64,000 nt of DNA from an uncultured Candidatus Saccharibacteria bacterium (GTDB taxonomy: Bacteria > Patescibacteriota > Saccharimonadia > Saccharimonadales > 2-12-FULL-41-12), in assembly GCA_964648105.1 (NCBI GenBank), contig CAZYMH010000004.1, positions 70,083 through 134,082 of the forward strand, given 5' to 3'. The first letter of the stretch is position 1; every line of letters starts with the position of its first letter. The notes beneath the pieces were generated by a model, which saw only the letters and a program-made list of their open reading frames with translations, was not told the DNA's origin and did no database searches. This document shows positions 26,025 to 35,929 of this stretch, one piece after another. A program made the translations under genes and the position numbers.

Positions 26025-27188
26025 TTATTCGCCGTGTTCTTCGATTGCTTCGAGTAAGCTAGATTCAAGCTGATCTTTACGCTTTAATTTTTGACCACCG
26101 ATTGGTTTAAGGGTATTTACTTCGGCAGTTTTATCAACTTCAGTCCGTTTATCATCATTGACTATATCAATTTCGTAACCTGTTAGTTTACTAGCTAGTC
26201 GCACATTCTGGCCACTTTTACCGATTGCAATACTTAACTGGTCTTCTGGGACATGAACTTCAGCTCGGTTTTTAGCTTTGTCTAATTTGACTGAAGTTAC
26301 TTTAGTTGGGCTAAGAGCATTGCTAATAAATTTAACTGGTTCTTCGTCCCATACGACAATATCGATTTTTTCTTGCTCGCCGATTTCGCTGACTACAGCA
26401 TTTACTCTGGTTCCATGTCCACCAACGAAGGTACCAACAGGGTCAACCCCTTGAACAGTGCTTACTACAGCCAGTTTTGATCTGACGCCAGCTTCTCGGG
26501 CAATTTCTTTGATACTTACAGAGTCATTTTCCATTTCTGGTACCTCTGCTCGAAATAATGCTTTCAAAAATTCAGTAGATCCACGCGAAACTACTAATTG
26601 TGGCCCGCGGAAACCTCGCTCAACGTCTTTTAGGTATACTTTTAGACGTTGTCCAGGATAATATCGCTCACCTTGAATTTGTTCGCTTGCGGGCATGATA
26701 GCCTGGGCTTTACCTAGCTCCATCCGTACAATTCGACCCTCAACTCGAGCAACGACACTATTGACAACTGAGCCAATCTTGTCTTGAAACTCGTTCATGA
26801 TTACTTCTCGTTCTGCTTCACGTAATCGTTGCAATATAACTTGCTTAGCAGTTTGGGTGGCTACACGACCAAAACTATCAGCTTTACCATGAAACTCAAT
26901 CATGTCACCAATTTTAGCGTCTTTTTTAAGTTTTTTGGCATCGGGCAGCGATACTTCAAATCGATCATCACCAACTTTTTCGACGACTTCTTTTGATGCA
27001 TAAACATCTAAATCGCCAGTTTTTGTATTGATCGAGACTCTAACTTCTTGTTCACGGTCACCAAAATCTTTACGGTAAGCAGCAGCTAGTGCCTGTTCAA
27101 CAACTTCTTGTACAGATTCTTCTGATAAATTTTTCTCATTAGCAATCGCCGAAATTACACTTCCTAATTGTTTAATATCTATATCCAT
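26025..27188 (-). CDS. nusA: transcription termination/antitermination factor NusA
   Basis: NusA N-terminal, S1 and two KH regions are recognisable (GDMIEFHG..., GSRGSTEF..., IAIGKSGQNVRLASKLTG). The start was moved to the ATG at 27188 (MDIDIKQL), which is preceded by AAAGGAG. The track ORF extension to 27245 runs through a terminator hairpin. Confidence 0.92.
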   Translation of the reverse strand: MDIDIKQLGSVISAIANEKNLSEESVQEVVEQALAAAYRKDFGDREQEVRVSINTKTGDLDVYASKEVVEKVGDDRFEVSLPDAKKLKKDAKIGDMIEFHGKADSFGRVATQTAKQVILQRLREAEREVIMNEFQDKIGSVVNSVVARVEGRIVRMELGKAQAIMPASEQIQGERYYPGQRLKVYLKDVERGFRGPQLVVSRGSTEFLKALFRAEVPEMENDSVSIKEIAREAGVRSKLAVVSTVQGVDPVGTFVGGHGTRVNAVVSEIGEQEKIDIVVWDEEPVKFISNALSPTKVTSVKLDKAKNRAEVHVPEDQLSIAIGKSGQNVRLASKLTGYEIDIVNDDKRTEVDKTAEVNTLKPIGGQKLKRKDQLESSLLEAIEEHGE

Positions 27189-27229
27189 TTTTTCTCCTTT
27201 TTTTAGTATCTGAATAACTAATATTTCAT

Positions 27230-27255
27230 AAAAAAATCCGACCATGGTGGTCGGA
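27230..27255 (-). terminator. intrinsic terminator/attenuator in the nusA leader
   Basis: The minus strand reads TCCGACCA-CCA-TGGTCGGA (8-bp stem) followed directly by TTTTTTT, about 40 nt upstream of the nusA ATG and just downstream of a candidate promoter. Confidence 0.6.
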
Positions 27256-27267
27256 AGCAGTAAGTTA

Positions 27268-27296
27268 ATAATATCAAAAAAATTATTTAATTACAA
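27268..27296 (-). promoter_or_regulatory. candidate nusA promoter
   Basis: On the minus strand: TTGTAA (27296-27291), a 17-nt spacer, TATTAT (27273-27268). Confidence 0.45.
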
Positions 27297-27349
27297 GTTT
27301 AAAAATAAGCAATTTATTATTTAATAATAATTGTTTATCATATCAAATA

Positions 27350-28084
27350 ATGAATGGAGAAAAATCATTAGAAAATATTGGCATAAATTATGATTCTCAT
27401 AATCGTAATCCTTATTATTTGATGTCGCTAAAGGCCACCCAATTTATTTTTGGGTTGTGCGAAGTAACAGCTTCTGGTCAAGAAAACGTCCCCCCAAACG
27501 AGCCAGTAGTTTTTGCTCCTACCCACCGCGGATTTAATGATATTCCAGGTATAGCCTTGTCTCAGTCTGATAGAGATTTATCATTTTTGGCTAAAAAACA
27601 GCTATTCATACCTCTTCTCAACAGTTGGTTTCGTTCAGCTGGCGTAATACCTGTCGATCGTAGTAATCCTCAGGCAGAGACTTTTCATGAAGCTTTATTA
27701 GCTCTTCATGCAAACAAAAGTTTAGTGATATTTCCTGAACAAAAAGTTGAAACTGGTATGACAGTTAAAAAAATACACCGAGGATTTGGCCTAATTGCTT
27801 GCTTAGCTGGTGGGGTAAAAATCATCCCCACGGCTATTGCTGGCTCGGAAAAATTAAAACGTTTTTATCGACCAGCTAATCTTCATGTGCATTTTGGTGA
27901 GCCAATTTTGTCAAAAGATCTGTCAGACTGTTATCAACCAGATGGTAATTTTTTAGAAGATGACAAAACTATGAGATTAATTTTGCCAGAAGTTAGAAAA
28001 ACTCTTTCTCCTACCAGACAGGCTATGGAAGATTGCTTAAAATATGCTCATAGCCGTTTAGCAAAGCGAAAACATAAACAATAA
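27350..28084 (+). CDS. plsC: 1-acyl-sn-glycerol-3-phosphate acyltransferase
   Basis: HxxxxD motif (THRGFND) and an FPEQK block (FPEGT equivalent). Confidence 0.82.
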   Translation: MNGEKSLENIGINYDSHNRNPYYLMSLKATQFIFGLCEVTASGQENVPPNEPVVFAPTHRGFNDIPGIALSQSDRDLSFLAKKQLFIPLLNSWFRSAGVIPVDRSNPQAETFHEALLALHANKSLVIFPEQKVETGMTVKKIHRGFGLIACLAGGVKIIPTAIAGSEKLKRFYRPANLHVHFGEPILSKDLSDCYQPDGNFLEDDKTMRLILPEVRKTLSPTRQAMEDCLKYAHSRLAKRKHKQ

Positions 28085-28127
28085 CCGAACCTAATTTGTT
28101 TTCCAAAGTATATCTAGCTAAAATACT

Positions 28128-30698
28128 ATGATGAGCAATATCAAAAGACTTTATACTGGCTTTCGACCTATTAATTACAACTTGTTTATCGACATTGATG
28201 AACCTAATATGGAGTTCAAAGGCAAAGTCATAATTTCTGGTAAAAAAGTTGGTAGACCAAGTCAAAGATTAACTTTTCATCAAAAAGACCTCAAAATCTT
28301 AAACGCAAAAGTTACAAAATTGGGTAAAAAAGGTCAAGAAAATATAAATATTCAACGGATTCATTGTCACAAAACTTATGACGAACTTAGGTTACATGCA
28401 GATGAGATGCTTTATCCAGGAGAATATCTTATAGAAATTGAGTATGTTGGTAAATTTGTCGAGGACCAAACTGTTGGTTTTTACCCTTCTTCGTTCGAAT
28501 ACAATGGCAAAACTGAGTATATATTTACAACTCAGTTTGAAAGTCATCATGCTCGTCAAGTTTTCCCCTGCATTGATGAACCAGAGGCAAAAGCCACTTT
28601 TGACTTAAAGATACAAACCAAAAGTGATGTTACTGTTTTGTCAAATACCAGTGTTTTAAACGAAAAAACATTAAATGAAGGCAAAATAACTACTTTCGAA
28701 ACTTCGCCAGTAATGTCTTGTTATTTACTTGCGTTTGTAATCGGCAAAATGCATTTTGTTGAGACTACTACTAAGCGTGGCATAAAATTACGCTCCTACT
28801 CGAGTATTGCTCAAGCCAAAGATAAATTACAATTTTCAGTTAACGAAGCTTCTAAAATCATCGACTTTTATGAAGATTATTTCGGAGTTAACTTCCCTCT
28901 AAAGAAATGCGATCAAGTCGCAATTCCTGATTTTGAGTCAGGAGCAATGGAAAATTGGGGTCTAATTACTTACCGCGAAATTGCCTTACTAACCGACCCA
29001 ACAAATCGCTCGATATCATCGGAACAATACGTAGCCATGGTCATTGCTCATGAGCTATCTCATCAATGGTTTGGGAATTTGGTAACCATGAAATGGTGGG
29101 ATGATTTGTGGCTGAACGAAAGTTTTGCAAGTATTATGGAACATATAGCTCTTGATAATTTGCATCCCGATTGGCATCAATGGGAAGATTATGCTTCGCA
29201 AGATATTTTACGTTGCTCTAATCGTGATATTTATAAAGATGTCCAAAATGTGGGTGTAGAAGTAAAACATCCTGATGAAATTTCTTCACTATTTGACCCA
29301 GCGATCGTTTACGCTAAAGGTGGCCGACTAATCAAAATGTTGATCGATTACATTGGCGAGGAGGCATTTAAAACTGGTTTAAACAAATATTTCCAAAAAT
29401 TTGCCTACAAAAATACTACCCGTGATGATTTGTGGCAATGCATGAATGAGGCATCACAAAAAGATATTGTGAGTTTAATGACACCCTGGATAAAGCAATC
29501 TGGCATGCCACTTGTCACAGTCTCTTTAAGCACGTACGATAATCAACGCACATTAAATCAAGAAAGGTTTGTCTTAGATGAATCAAACGATAATTCTCGC
29601 TGGCCGATTCCTCTTTTGAGTGATGAGAAATTGAATATTGAAGTTTTCGATAAAACTGAACAAACCATAAAATTTGAAAATGATCTGCCAGTGATTAATC
29701 ACCTTGGAAGTGGACATTTCGTCACTCTTTACTCTGAGCCGAGTGATAAACAAAAAATTTTATCTAAAATAACTCATAAAGATTTTTCATCACAATCTAA
29801 AATAAATATTCTCAATGAATTATGTTTGCTGGCAAAAGCTAATAAAACTTCATTGATTGATAGTTTAGAACTGATTGATAATATGAAGTCCGAGTCGCGA
29901 GATGCTGTTTGGAGTTTAATGCTAAGAAGCTTAAATTTAGCGGCTACAATTGGTGAATTCAACGATAAAATCGAAAATGGCATAAAAACTTTTAGGCAAA
30001 ATCTTGCTAAAGAAAATTACCAAAAACTTGGTTGGCAGGACCAAAAATACGATGATCCTAACACAATTCATCTTAGAGCAACGATGATTGGACTTATGCT
30101 TGCAGCCGAAAATAGTGACAGCCTAAAAATGGCCAAAGAAATTTTCGAGTCTCACACAATAACTAATTTACCTGCAGAGAGACGAGTGCAAATTTTGTCA
30201 GTTATGGTGCGGCATTTTGAAACCGAAAAACTAATCAATGATTTAACAAATGAATATTCACGGGCAAACGACCCTGAAGTTAAACAAGCCATTTCGATTG
30301 GGCTATGTTCGACTAAGTCAGCAGAAACTGCCGAAAAACTCCTACAATCTGGCCTAATTAAGGATGGTTTTGTCCGTCCACAAGACTATTTTTACTGGGT
30401 GGCTTACTTGATGAGAAATAAATACACTCGAGCCGTGGCTTGGCAATGGCTAAAAAATAATTGGGCATATCTCGACTCATTATTTGGTGGCAGTAAATCA
30501 TTAGATAACTTTATAAATTTTGCAGCAGGGCCAATTCAGACTAAAGAAATGCTTAATGAGTTCAAACTATTCTTTGATCCAATGCTTAATCAACCTGCTT
30601 TGTCTCGAAATATCACAATTGCAAAAAGCGAAATCCAATCTCGAATTGAATGGCGAGACCGCGAATTACCAAAATTAGAGCAATATTTTAAAATCTAA
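28128..30698 (+). CDS. pepN: M1-family aminopeptidase N
   Basis: GAMENWG exopeptidase motif and the zinc site HELSHQWFGNLVTMKWWDDLWLNE. Confidence 0.92.
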   Translation: MMSNIKRLYTGFRPINYNLFIDIDEPNMEFKGKVIISGKKVGRPSQRLTFHQKDLKILNAKVTKLGKKGQENINIQRIHCHKTYDELRLHADEMLYPGEYLIEIEYVGKFVEDQTVGFYPSSFEYNGKTEYIFTTQFESHHARQVFPCIDEPEAKATFDLKIQTKSDVTVLSNTSVLNEKTLNEGKITTFETSPVMSCYLLAFVIGKMHFVETTTKRGIKLRSYSSIAQAKDKLQFSVNEASKIIDFYEDYFGVNFPLKKCDQVAIPDFESGAMENWGLITYREIALLTDPTNRSISSEQYVAMVIAHELSHQWFGNLVTMKWWDDLWLNESFASIMEHIALDNLHPDWHQWEDYASQDILRCSNRDIYKDVQNVGVEVKHPDEISSLFDPAIVYAKGGRLIKMLIDYIGEEAFKTGLNKYFQKFAYKNTTRDDLWQCMNEASQKDIVSLMTPWIKQSGMPLVTVSLSTYDNQRTLNQERFVLDESNDNSRWPIPLLSDEKLNIEVFDKTEQTIKFENDLPVINHLGSGHFVTLYSEPSDKQKILSKITHKDFSSQSKINILNELCLLAKANKTSLIDSLELIDNMKSESRDAVWSLMLRSLNLAATIGEFNDKIENGIKTFRQNLAKENYQKLGWQDQKYDDPNTIHLRATMIGLMLAAENSDSLKMAKEIFESHTITNLPAERRVQILSVMVRHFETEKLINDLTNEYSRANDPEVKQAISIGLCSTKSAETAEKLLQSGLIKDGFVRPQDYFYWVAYLMRNKYTRAVAWQWLKNNWAYLDSLFGGSKSLDNFINFAAGPIQTKEMLNEFKLFFDPMLNQPALSRNITIAKSEIQSRIEWRDRELPKLEQYFKI

Positions 30699-30700
30699 AA

Positions 30701-31042
30701 CTAGTAAATTTCCTCAATAAAATCGATCTTATAGTTTGGTCCATAAACACTTGCCGCCGATAGACAATAGTTGCCTGTCCAATTATTGCTTACCACCCAA
30801 CTCTCGGCAGCATAAGCCATTTGTTTCTGCTTAGCATAAGTTACATAATCAAAGCCCGTGCCTTGAGAATCATTTGAGCGGTATTTTACTTCCACAAAAT
30901 AAACACAACCCTTCTTTTTAGCGATTATATCAATTTCACATTTTGTAGTTTTCCAATTGTTATCAATAATTTTGAAGCCCAAAGACTCTAAATATTGGCT
31001 TGTTTTAATTTCAGCTTGTTTGCCGTCGTCGTTATGCTTCAT
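30701..31042 (-). CDS. yraN: YraN-family (UPF0102) endonuclease-like protein
   Basis: 113 aa. GFKIIDNNWKT..CEIDIIAKK...FVEVKYR matches the YraN pattern. It overlaps the rnhB stop. Confidence 0.8.
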   Translation of the reverse strand: MKHNDDGKQAEIKTSQYLESLGFKIIDNNWKTTKCEIDIIAKKKGCVYFVEVKYRSNDSQGTGFDYVTYAKQKQMAYAAESWVVSNNWTGNYCLSAASVYGPNYKIDFIEEIY

Positions 31043-31616
31043 AATTATTCAAAATATCTTTTAGTGGTTTATATGACAAACGATGGATCGGAGTAAAACC
31101 ATGAGTTTGTAGGGCAGTTAAATGTTGTTTTGTGCCATAGCCGACATTTTTATCGAAATTATATAACTGGTAGATTTTTGCTTGTTTGATCATATACTCA
31201 TCACGTGTGACTTTGGCTATTATACTAGCCGCTGAAATTTCAGGGACTGATTGGTCACCGTTTACTAGGCACGTAACTTTATAATTAGAATCTTTTAAAT
31301 AATTAATTTTCCCATCAAGCATAATCAAACATTTTTCCTGAAAATAAATTGGTAAATTACTTAAAACACGCTTGCAGGCCAATTCACTAGCCTTAGTTAG
31401 GCCTAAATCGTCTATTTCTGATGCACTCACCCAGCCATAACCAATCCAGCTGGCTGATTTTTTAATTTGCTCAGCATATTTCTCACGTTTAGCTTTCGCC
31501 AACTTTTTAGAATCACTCAGACCATCAATCTTTTTGGCCAGTACTACACCGCAAAAAAGCATACTTCCCGCCCATGCCCCTCGACCAACCTCATCAATTC
31601 CTAACGTAATTGCCAT
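31032..31616 (-). CDS. rnhB: ribonuclease HII
   Basis: GIDEVGRGAWAGSM (DEVGRG motif), DSKKL, and ASIIAKVTRD. Confidence 0.92.
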   Translation of the reverse strand: MAITLGIDEVGRGAWAGSMLFCGVVLAKKIDGLSDSKKLAKAKREKYAEQIKKSASWIGYGWVSASEIDDLGLTKASELACKRVLSNLPIYFQEKCLIMLDGKINYLKDSNYKVTCLVNGDQSVPEISAASIIAKVTRDEYMIKQAKIYQLYNFDKNVGYGTKQHLTALQTHGFTPIHRLSYKPLKDILNNYEA

Positions 31617-31712
31617 TTATCTTTAATTATAGTTTAAAAATTGATTTTGAGATAACTAATATGTTTTATGACTTTTTAGAATAGTTAATTAATTTTGTAA
31701 ACTAATTTTTAC

Positions 31713-32201
31713 TTAGTTTTTAGCTTCTTTTATTGCTTCAGCTTTGTCATCGGTTGATACAACCGAGTCAGCATTTTCTTGTGCTTCTAAAGGAGCTGGT
31801 TCAGGGCTTTTTGCGACAGGGGCTTGCTTGAGCGTATTGACGGCTTCTTTATCGAATTCTACGCCACTTAATCTAGCTGCTTTACCAGTTCGCTGTCGCA
31901 TGTAAGTCAAATAATTACGACGAACTTTGCTTCGCTTGGTCACTTCGACCTTTTCGACTAATGGACTATGCAACAAATAGGTTTTTTCTACACCAATACC
32001 GCTGGCTAAACGTCGGACAGTAATGCTGGAAGTGTGACTGTTCTTGCGATCAGTTCTGATCACTAAACCTTCAAAAACCTGAATTCGCTCTTTGTTACCT
32101 TCTTTAATTTTTTGGTGTACACGAACAGAGTCGCCTGACTTAATATTGACGACGTCGTGCTTCTTAAATTTGGCTTCGATAGCCGAAATAACTGATGACA
32201 T
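31713..32201 (-). CDS. rplS: 50S ribosomal protein L19 with an acidic/Ala-Pro C-terminal extension
   Basis: The L19 core is present (GDSVRVHQKIKEGNKERIQVFEGLVI...RRNYLTYMR). About 45 extra C-terminal residues follow. Confidence 0.92.
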   Translation of the reverse strand: MSSVISAIEAKFKKHDVVNIKSGDSVRVHQKIKEGNKERIQVFEGLVIRTDRKNSHTSSITVRRLASGIGVEKTYLLHSPLVEKVEVTKRSKVRRNYLTYMRQRTGKAARLSGVEFDKEAVNTLKQAPVAKSPEPAPLEAQENADSVVSTDDKAEAIKEAKN

Positions 32202-32273
32202 TATAAATAAACCTCTGTTTAATTAATTTTTTATATTGTATCACATCTGTTGAGATTTTGAAATACTTATTAA

Positions 32274-33233
32274 TTAGTTTTGCCAAACAACTGTTTCGAT
32301 ACCTAAACCTGCCCCAAAACCACAGAAAATTATCTTAGAATCATCTTTAACTAAATTATTTTCTTTGGCCATGTGATAAGCAATCGGAATTGTACCTGCC
32401 GAAGTATTGGCCGTTAAGCGAATAGCTTCGATTGGCACTTTAGAACTATTTATTCCTAATTTTTTGGCAACTTCATGTATCATTTTGGCATTAGCTTGAT
32501 GAAGCAAAAATAAATCAACTTCATCGATTTTCACGCTACCGCTCTGCAGTGCGTCTGTAATGCTATTAGGGACAGATTGGACAACAAACTTATAGACATC
32601 TCTTCCCATCATTTCGATACGGCAATCTGGCGATGTCTTGCCACAATACAAGGCTTCACGATTAGGTAAAGTATACGAACTGTAGCCAATCATGCCTTTT
32701 TGCTCTGGTGTGTATTTGATCAATAAGCTACCTACGCCATCGCCGAATAATGAACCAACTTTATAATCTGAATAATCGGTACATTTACTCAGTAAATCTC
32801 CTCCGACTAATAAGGTCGTCGAAATAGGCCAATTATCAGTTGTTTTATCGGCGTTAAACAAACCACTAACGAACCCCGTGCATGCCGAATTAACATCGTG
32901 AACCCTTAATCCTGTGCCTGAAATACCTAGCTCACCAGCTAATAATGATGCGGCACTAGGCATTGAATCATCAGCCGTAAAAGAGGCAAAAATTATCTGG
33001 TCAATTTCGGCTTCTTTTGGGTTTTTGAAGCCAGCATTTTTTATCGCTAATCGAGCTGCCAAATTTGCGAGGCTAACTAAACTTTCATTTTCGGCAATAT
33101 GCCGATTTTCTATTCCAGTTCTTGATGCAATATTATCGGCCGAAATCGGATAATTATACTGATCAACTAACTCTTGATTAGTTTGAAGTTTTTCAGGTAA
33201 GCTGAAGCCACTGCCGATTATTTGAACTCCCAT
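32274..33233 (-). CDS. fabH: 3-oxoacyl-ACP synthase III-like condensing enzyme
   Basis: The Cys/His/Asn triad contexts are NSACTGFV, LHQAN and ANTSAGTIP. The C-terminus is FGAGL. Confidence 0.85.
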   Translation of the reverse strand: MGVQIIGSGFSLPEKLQTNQELVDQYNYPISADNIASRTGIENRHIAENESLVSLANLAARLAIKNAGFKNPKEAEIDQIIFASFTADDSMPSAASLLAGELGISGTGLRVHDVNSACTGFVSGLFNADKTTDNWPISTTLLVGGDLLSKCTDYSDYKVGSLFGDGVGSLLIKYTPEQKGMIGYSSYTLPNREALYCGKTSPDCRIEMMGRDVYKFVVQSVPNSITDALQSGSVKIDEVDLFLLHQANAKMIHEVAKKLGINSSKVPIEAIRLTANTSAGTIPIAYHMAKENNLVKDDSKIIFCGFGAGLGIETVVWQN

Positions 33234-33266
33234 TAAGTTAAGTATACATCATGCTAGAATATAATA

Positions 33267-34400
33267 ATGGATTATTACAAAGAGGCCCTCAAAAAACATA
33301 AACAACTTAAAGGCAAAATTTCGGTCGAATTAAAAGCTCCATTGCAAACTAAAAATGATTTAAGTACATATTATAGTCCTGGTGTTGGGGCGGTGAGCAA
33401 ACATTTAGCCGAACACCCCGATCAAACTCGAGATTACACATGGACCAATAACACCGTGGCTGTGATATCCGATGGCTCAGCCGTTTTGGGGCTGGGTAAT
33501 ATCGGCCCCTTGGCGGCTTTGCCAGTTATGGAGGGCAAAAGCATGCTTTTTAAGCACTTTGCGGGTATCGATTCAGTGCCAGTGGTCTTAGATGTTCATA
33601 CTGCCGATGAAATTGTAGCAGCAGTCAAAGCCATCGCCCCGACTTACGGTGCGATTAATTTAGAGGACATCGCGGCTCCAATTTGCTTCGAAGCCGAAGA
33701 ACGTCTCAAAGCCGATCTCAATATTCCTGTTTTTCACGACGACCAACATGGCACTGCGGTAGTAACCTTGGCAGGGCTGATTAATGCTATGAAAGTTACA
33801 AACCGTACGCTAAGCTCCTGTAAGATTGTAGTTAGTGGAGCTGGAGCTGCTGGCACAGCAATCATTAAACTACTGGACAAATACGCTAAACCAGAAATAT
33901 TAGTTGTTGATAGCAAAGGGATTATTAGTTCTAATCGACAAGATTTAAATAATGAAAAAAAACAATTGCTTGAATACTCTAATCCAAATAATTTAGGCGG
34001 CAATCTTGAATCAGCTTTAGTAGGTGCAGATATTTTTATCGGTGTATCAAAAGCTAATATATTGAGTAAGAAAATGGTTGGTTCGATGAATAAAAATCCG
34101 ATTGTCTTCGCTCTGGCGAACCCCGACCCCGAAATCCGTCCAGAATTAGCCCAGCAAGCAGGTGTGGCGATTTTAGCAACTGGACGCAGTGATTACCCAA
34201 ACCAAGTCAATAATGCCGTGGCTTTCCCAGGCATTTTCAGAGGGGCGTTAGACAACCGTGTTATCAGAATTACCGACAATCACAAAATTGCGGCTGCCGA
34301 AGTAATTGCCAGTTTAGTCAAAAATCCATCCAAAAACGAGATAATCCCTTCTGTACTAAACCCAGATTTAGTCAGTAGTATAGCTAAAGTGATTGTATAA
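33267..34400 (+). CDS. NAD(P)-dependent malic enzyme (short form)
   Basis: YSPGV, LGLGNIGP, FHDDQHGTA and the GAGAAG Rossmann motif. The 377-aa length is typical of short malic enzymes. Confidence 0.88.
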   Translation: MDYYKEALKKHKQLKGKISVELKAPLQTKNDLSTYYSPGVGAVSKHLAEHPDQTRDYTWTNNTVAVISDGSAVLGLGNIGPLAALPVMEGKSMLFKHFAGIDSVPVVLDVHTADEIVAAVKAIAPTYGAINLEDIAAPICFEAEERLKADLNIPVFHDDQHGTAVVTLAGLINAMKVTNRTLSSCKIVVSGAGAAGTAIIKLLDKYAKPEILVVDSKGIISSNRQDLNNEKKQLLEYSNPNNLGGNLESALVGADIFIGVSKANILSKKMVGSMNKNPIVFALANPDPEIRPELAQQAGVAILATGRSDYPNQVNNAVAFPGIFRGALDNRVIRITDNHKIAAAEVIASLVKNPSKNEIIPSVLNPDLVSSIAKVIV

Positions 34401-34563
34401 TATTTATTTTCGGACTGATACTAATGGTAATGATCGACTCATCCAGTTAGCTAAAAGGTAGCGATCGGGTTGGCAATAGTTTGGAAATAACGACCATCTT
34501 TTGTCACTTATTTTAATATCTAGATCAGATGTATTTCTACTTTGCAATTTATACATAGAATAA

Positions 34564-35241
34564 TTAAGAGTTACAAAAAAATGGGTACAAGCTCATACCT
34601 AACGGAGTAGGAGAATGCATGGCAAAAAGTGAATTTGCTGCAATAGGACCGTCACTTAACATGAGAAAGTTATCACCTCTAAAGCAGTTTTGTTTAGCTA
34701 AACCAGCCAGACCAACCCTTAGAGCTTCGTCGAGTTCAGTGGCCCAGGCTTTCTCAGAAGAACAATTATCACTATCGTTAATTCGATTAGTTACCCTATC
34801 GGCAACTTCGTCTTTATTAATAATTACTTCTCCAATTGGATGACCATAAGACGCTCTAGCTGATGGAAATATTCTGTTAGGATAAACTAAATTGGTTTTT
34901 TTGACATTACTGACTTTTTGTGTAGCCTTAGCAGAGGTTACACTGGCCGAACCATCAGGATTTAGACTATTTATAGCATATTCGTATTGGGTAGTTTGAC
35001 CATTTTCAAAAAACATAGCTAGCGGACCTAGACCAGCAACTTTTGTAATACCTCTTAAACAAGTGGTATTTATCTGTATCCGTTCCTCGTCAACCGAAGC
35101 AGGCAGTTCCAAATCAGCAACCAGTGGTGGGAAGTAAGAAGGTACGTCATTTAATAATTCTTCAATCGGAACTTGACTGTATAGAGTTTCAGTCACTTCA
35201 CAAGCTTTCGGAATGTCCAATAAACAAACTTTTTCAAACAT
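34564..35241 (-). CDS. hypothetical protein (225 aa)
   Basis: Track ORF, last gene of an apparent pilB-led transcription unit. No recognised motif. Confidence 0.55.
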   Translation of the reverse strand: MFEKVCLLDIPKACEVTETLYSQVPIEELLNDVPSYFPPLVADLELPASVDEERIQINTTCLRGITKVAGLGPLAMFFENGQTTQYEYAINSLNPDGSASVTSAKATQKVSNVKKTNLVYPNRIFPSARASYGHPIGEVIINKDEVADRVTNRINDSDNCSSEKAWATELDEALRVGLAGLAKQNCFRGDNFLMLSDGPIAANSLFAMHSPTPLGMSLYPFFCNS

Positions 35242-35317
35242 AGTGATATATATTTTACAATATTGCGAAGTTTAAGTAAAGTATATTTTGAGCATTAAAA
35301 GTTGATAGATATTTATT

Positions 35318-35887
35318 CTAAAAATCAATTGGTTGGATATCACCTGAATCTATTGCTTTTATCATCAGTTCAACTTCTTGCTCAAATATGTTTCTTGTAA
35401 ACTCATGCTTATATTGAATAATTTTATTTCTATTTTTATTAAGAATATCGTCATAAATTTCGACAGTGTCTTGAGATAAAGTTGCTGATACAAACAAAGT
35501 ACAGCACGGACAAACTAAATCCACGTTCCAGCTATCATGGTCATTTTCTTGCCAATCAATCGGCTCAATAAAATATTTATCTGAATTGACAATTGCTTCG
35601 CAGTCATCAAAATTTTGCCACGTATTACTCGAGCCATTTAAGAAAAATCCAAACAATCCATTTTGAGTTTTCCAATCTAGTTCAGAATTTTGCTGATTTC
35701 TAATACATTTTGGGTCTGGACAAATCCAAGGAGTTTCAGTGATTTGCCGTTCTTGTTCTTCACTCAAAATTATTATTTCGGCTTGACCAGTTTTTTCGTG
35801 GTTGCGATAAGCGATTGGTGCCGAAAATTTAGGCGGACGTTTTTCGCTGTGTTCTGGTCCATTTTCAAAATTACCTGATGTTTCCAT
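35318..35887 (-). CDS. hypothetical Cys-rich protein (189 aa), possible zinc-binding
   Basis: Track ORF with paired cysteines CPDPKC and CPCC. It lies 42 nt downstream of pilB. Confidence 0.55.
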   Translation of the reverse strand: METSGNFENGPEHSEKRPPKFSAPIAYRNHEKTGQAEIIILSEEQERQITETPWICPDPKCIRNQQNSELDWKTQNGLFGFFLNGSSNTWQNFDDCEAIVNSDKYFIEPIDWQENDHDSWNVDLVCPCCTLFVSATLSQDTVEIYDDILNKNRNKIIQYKHEFTRNIFEQEVELMIKAIDSGDIQPIDF

Positions 35888-35929
35888 ATATTAATTTTTT
35901 CACATTATATCACTTTTGTCAATAGTTGC

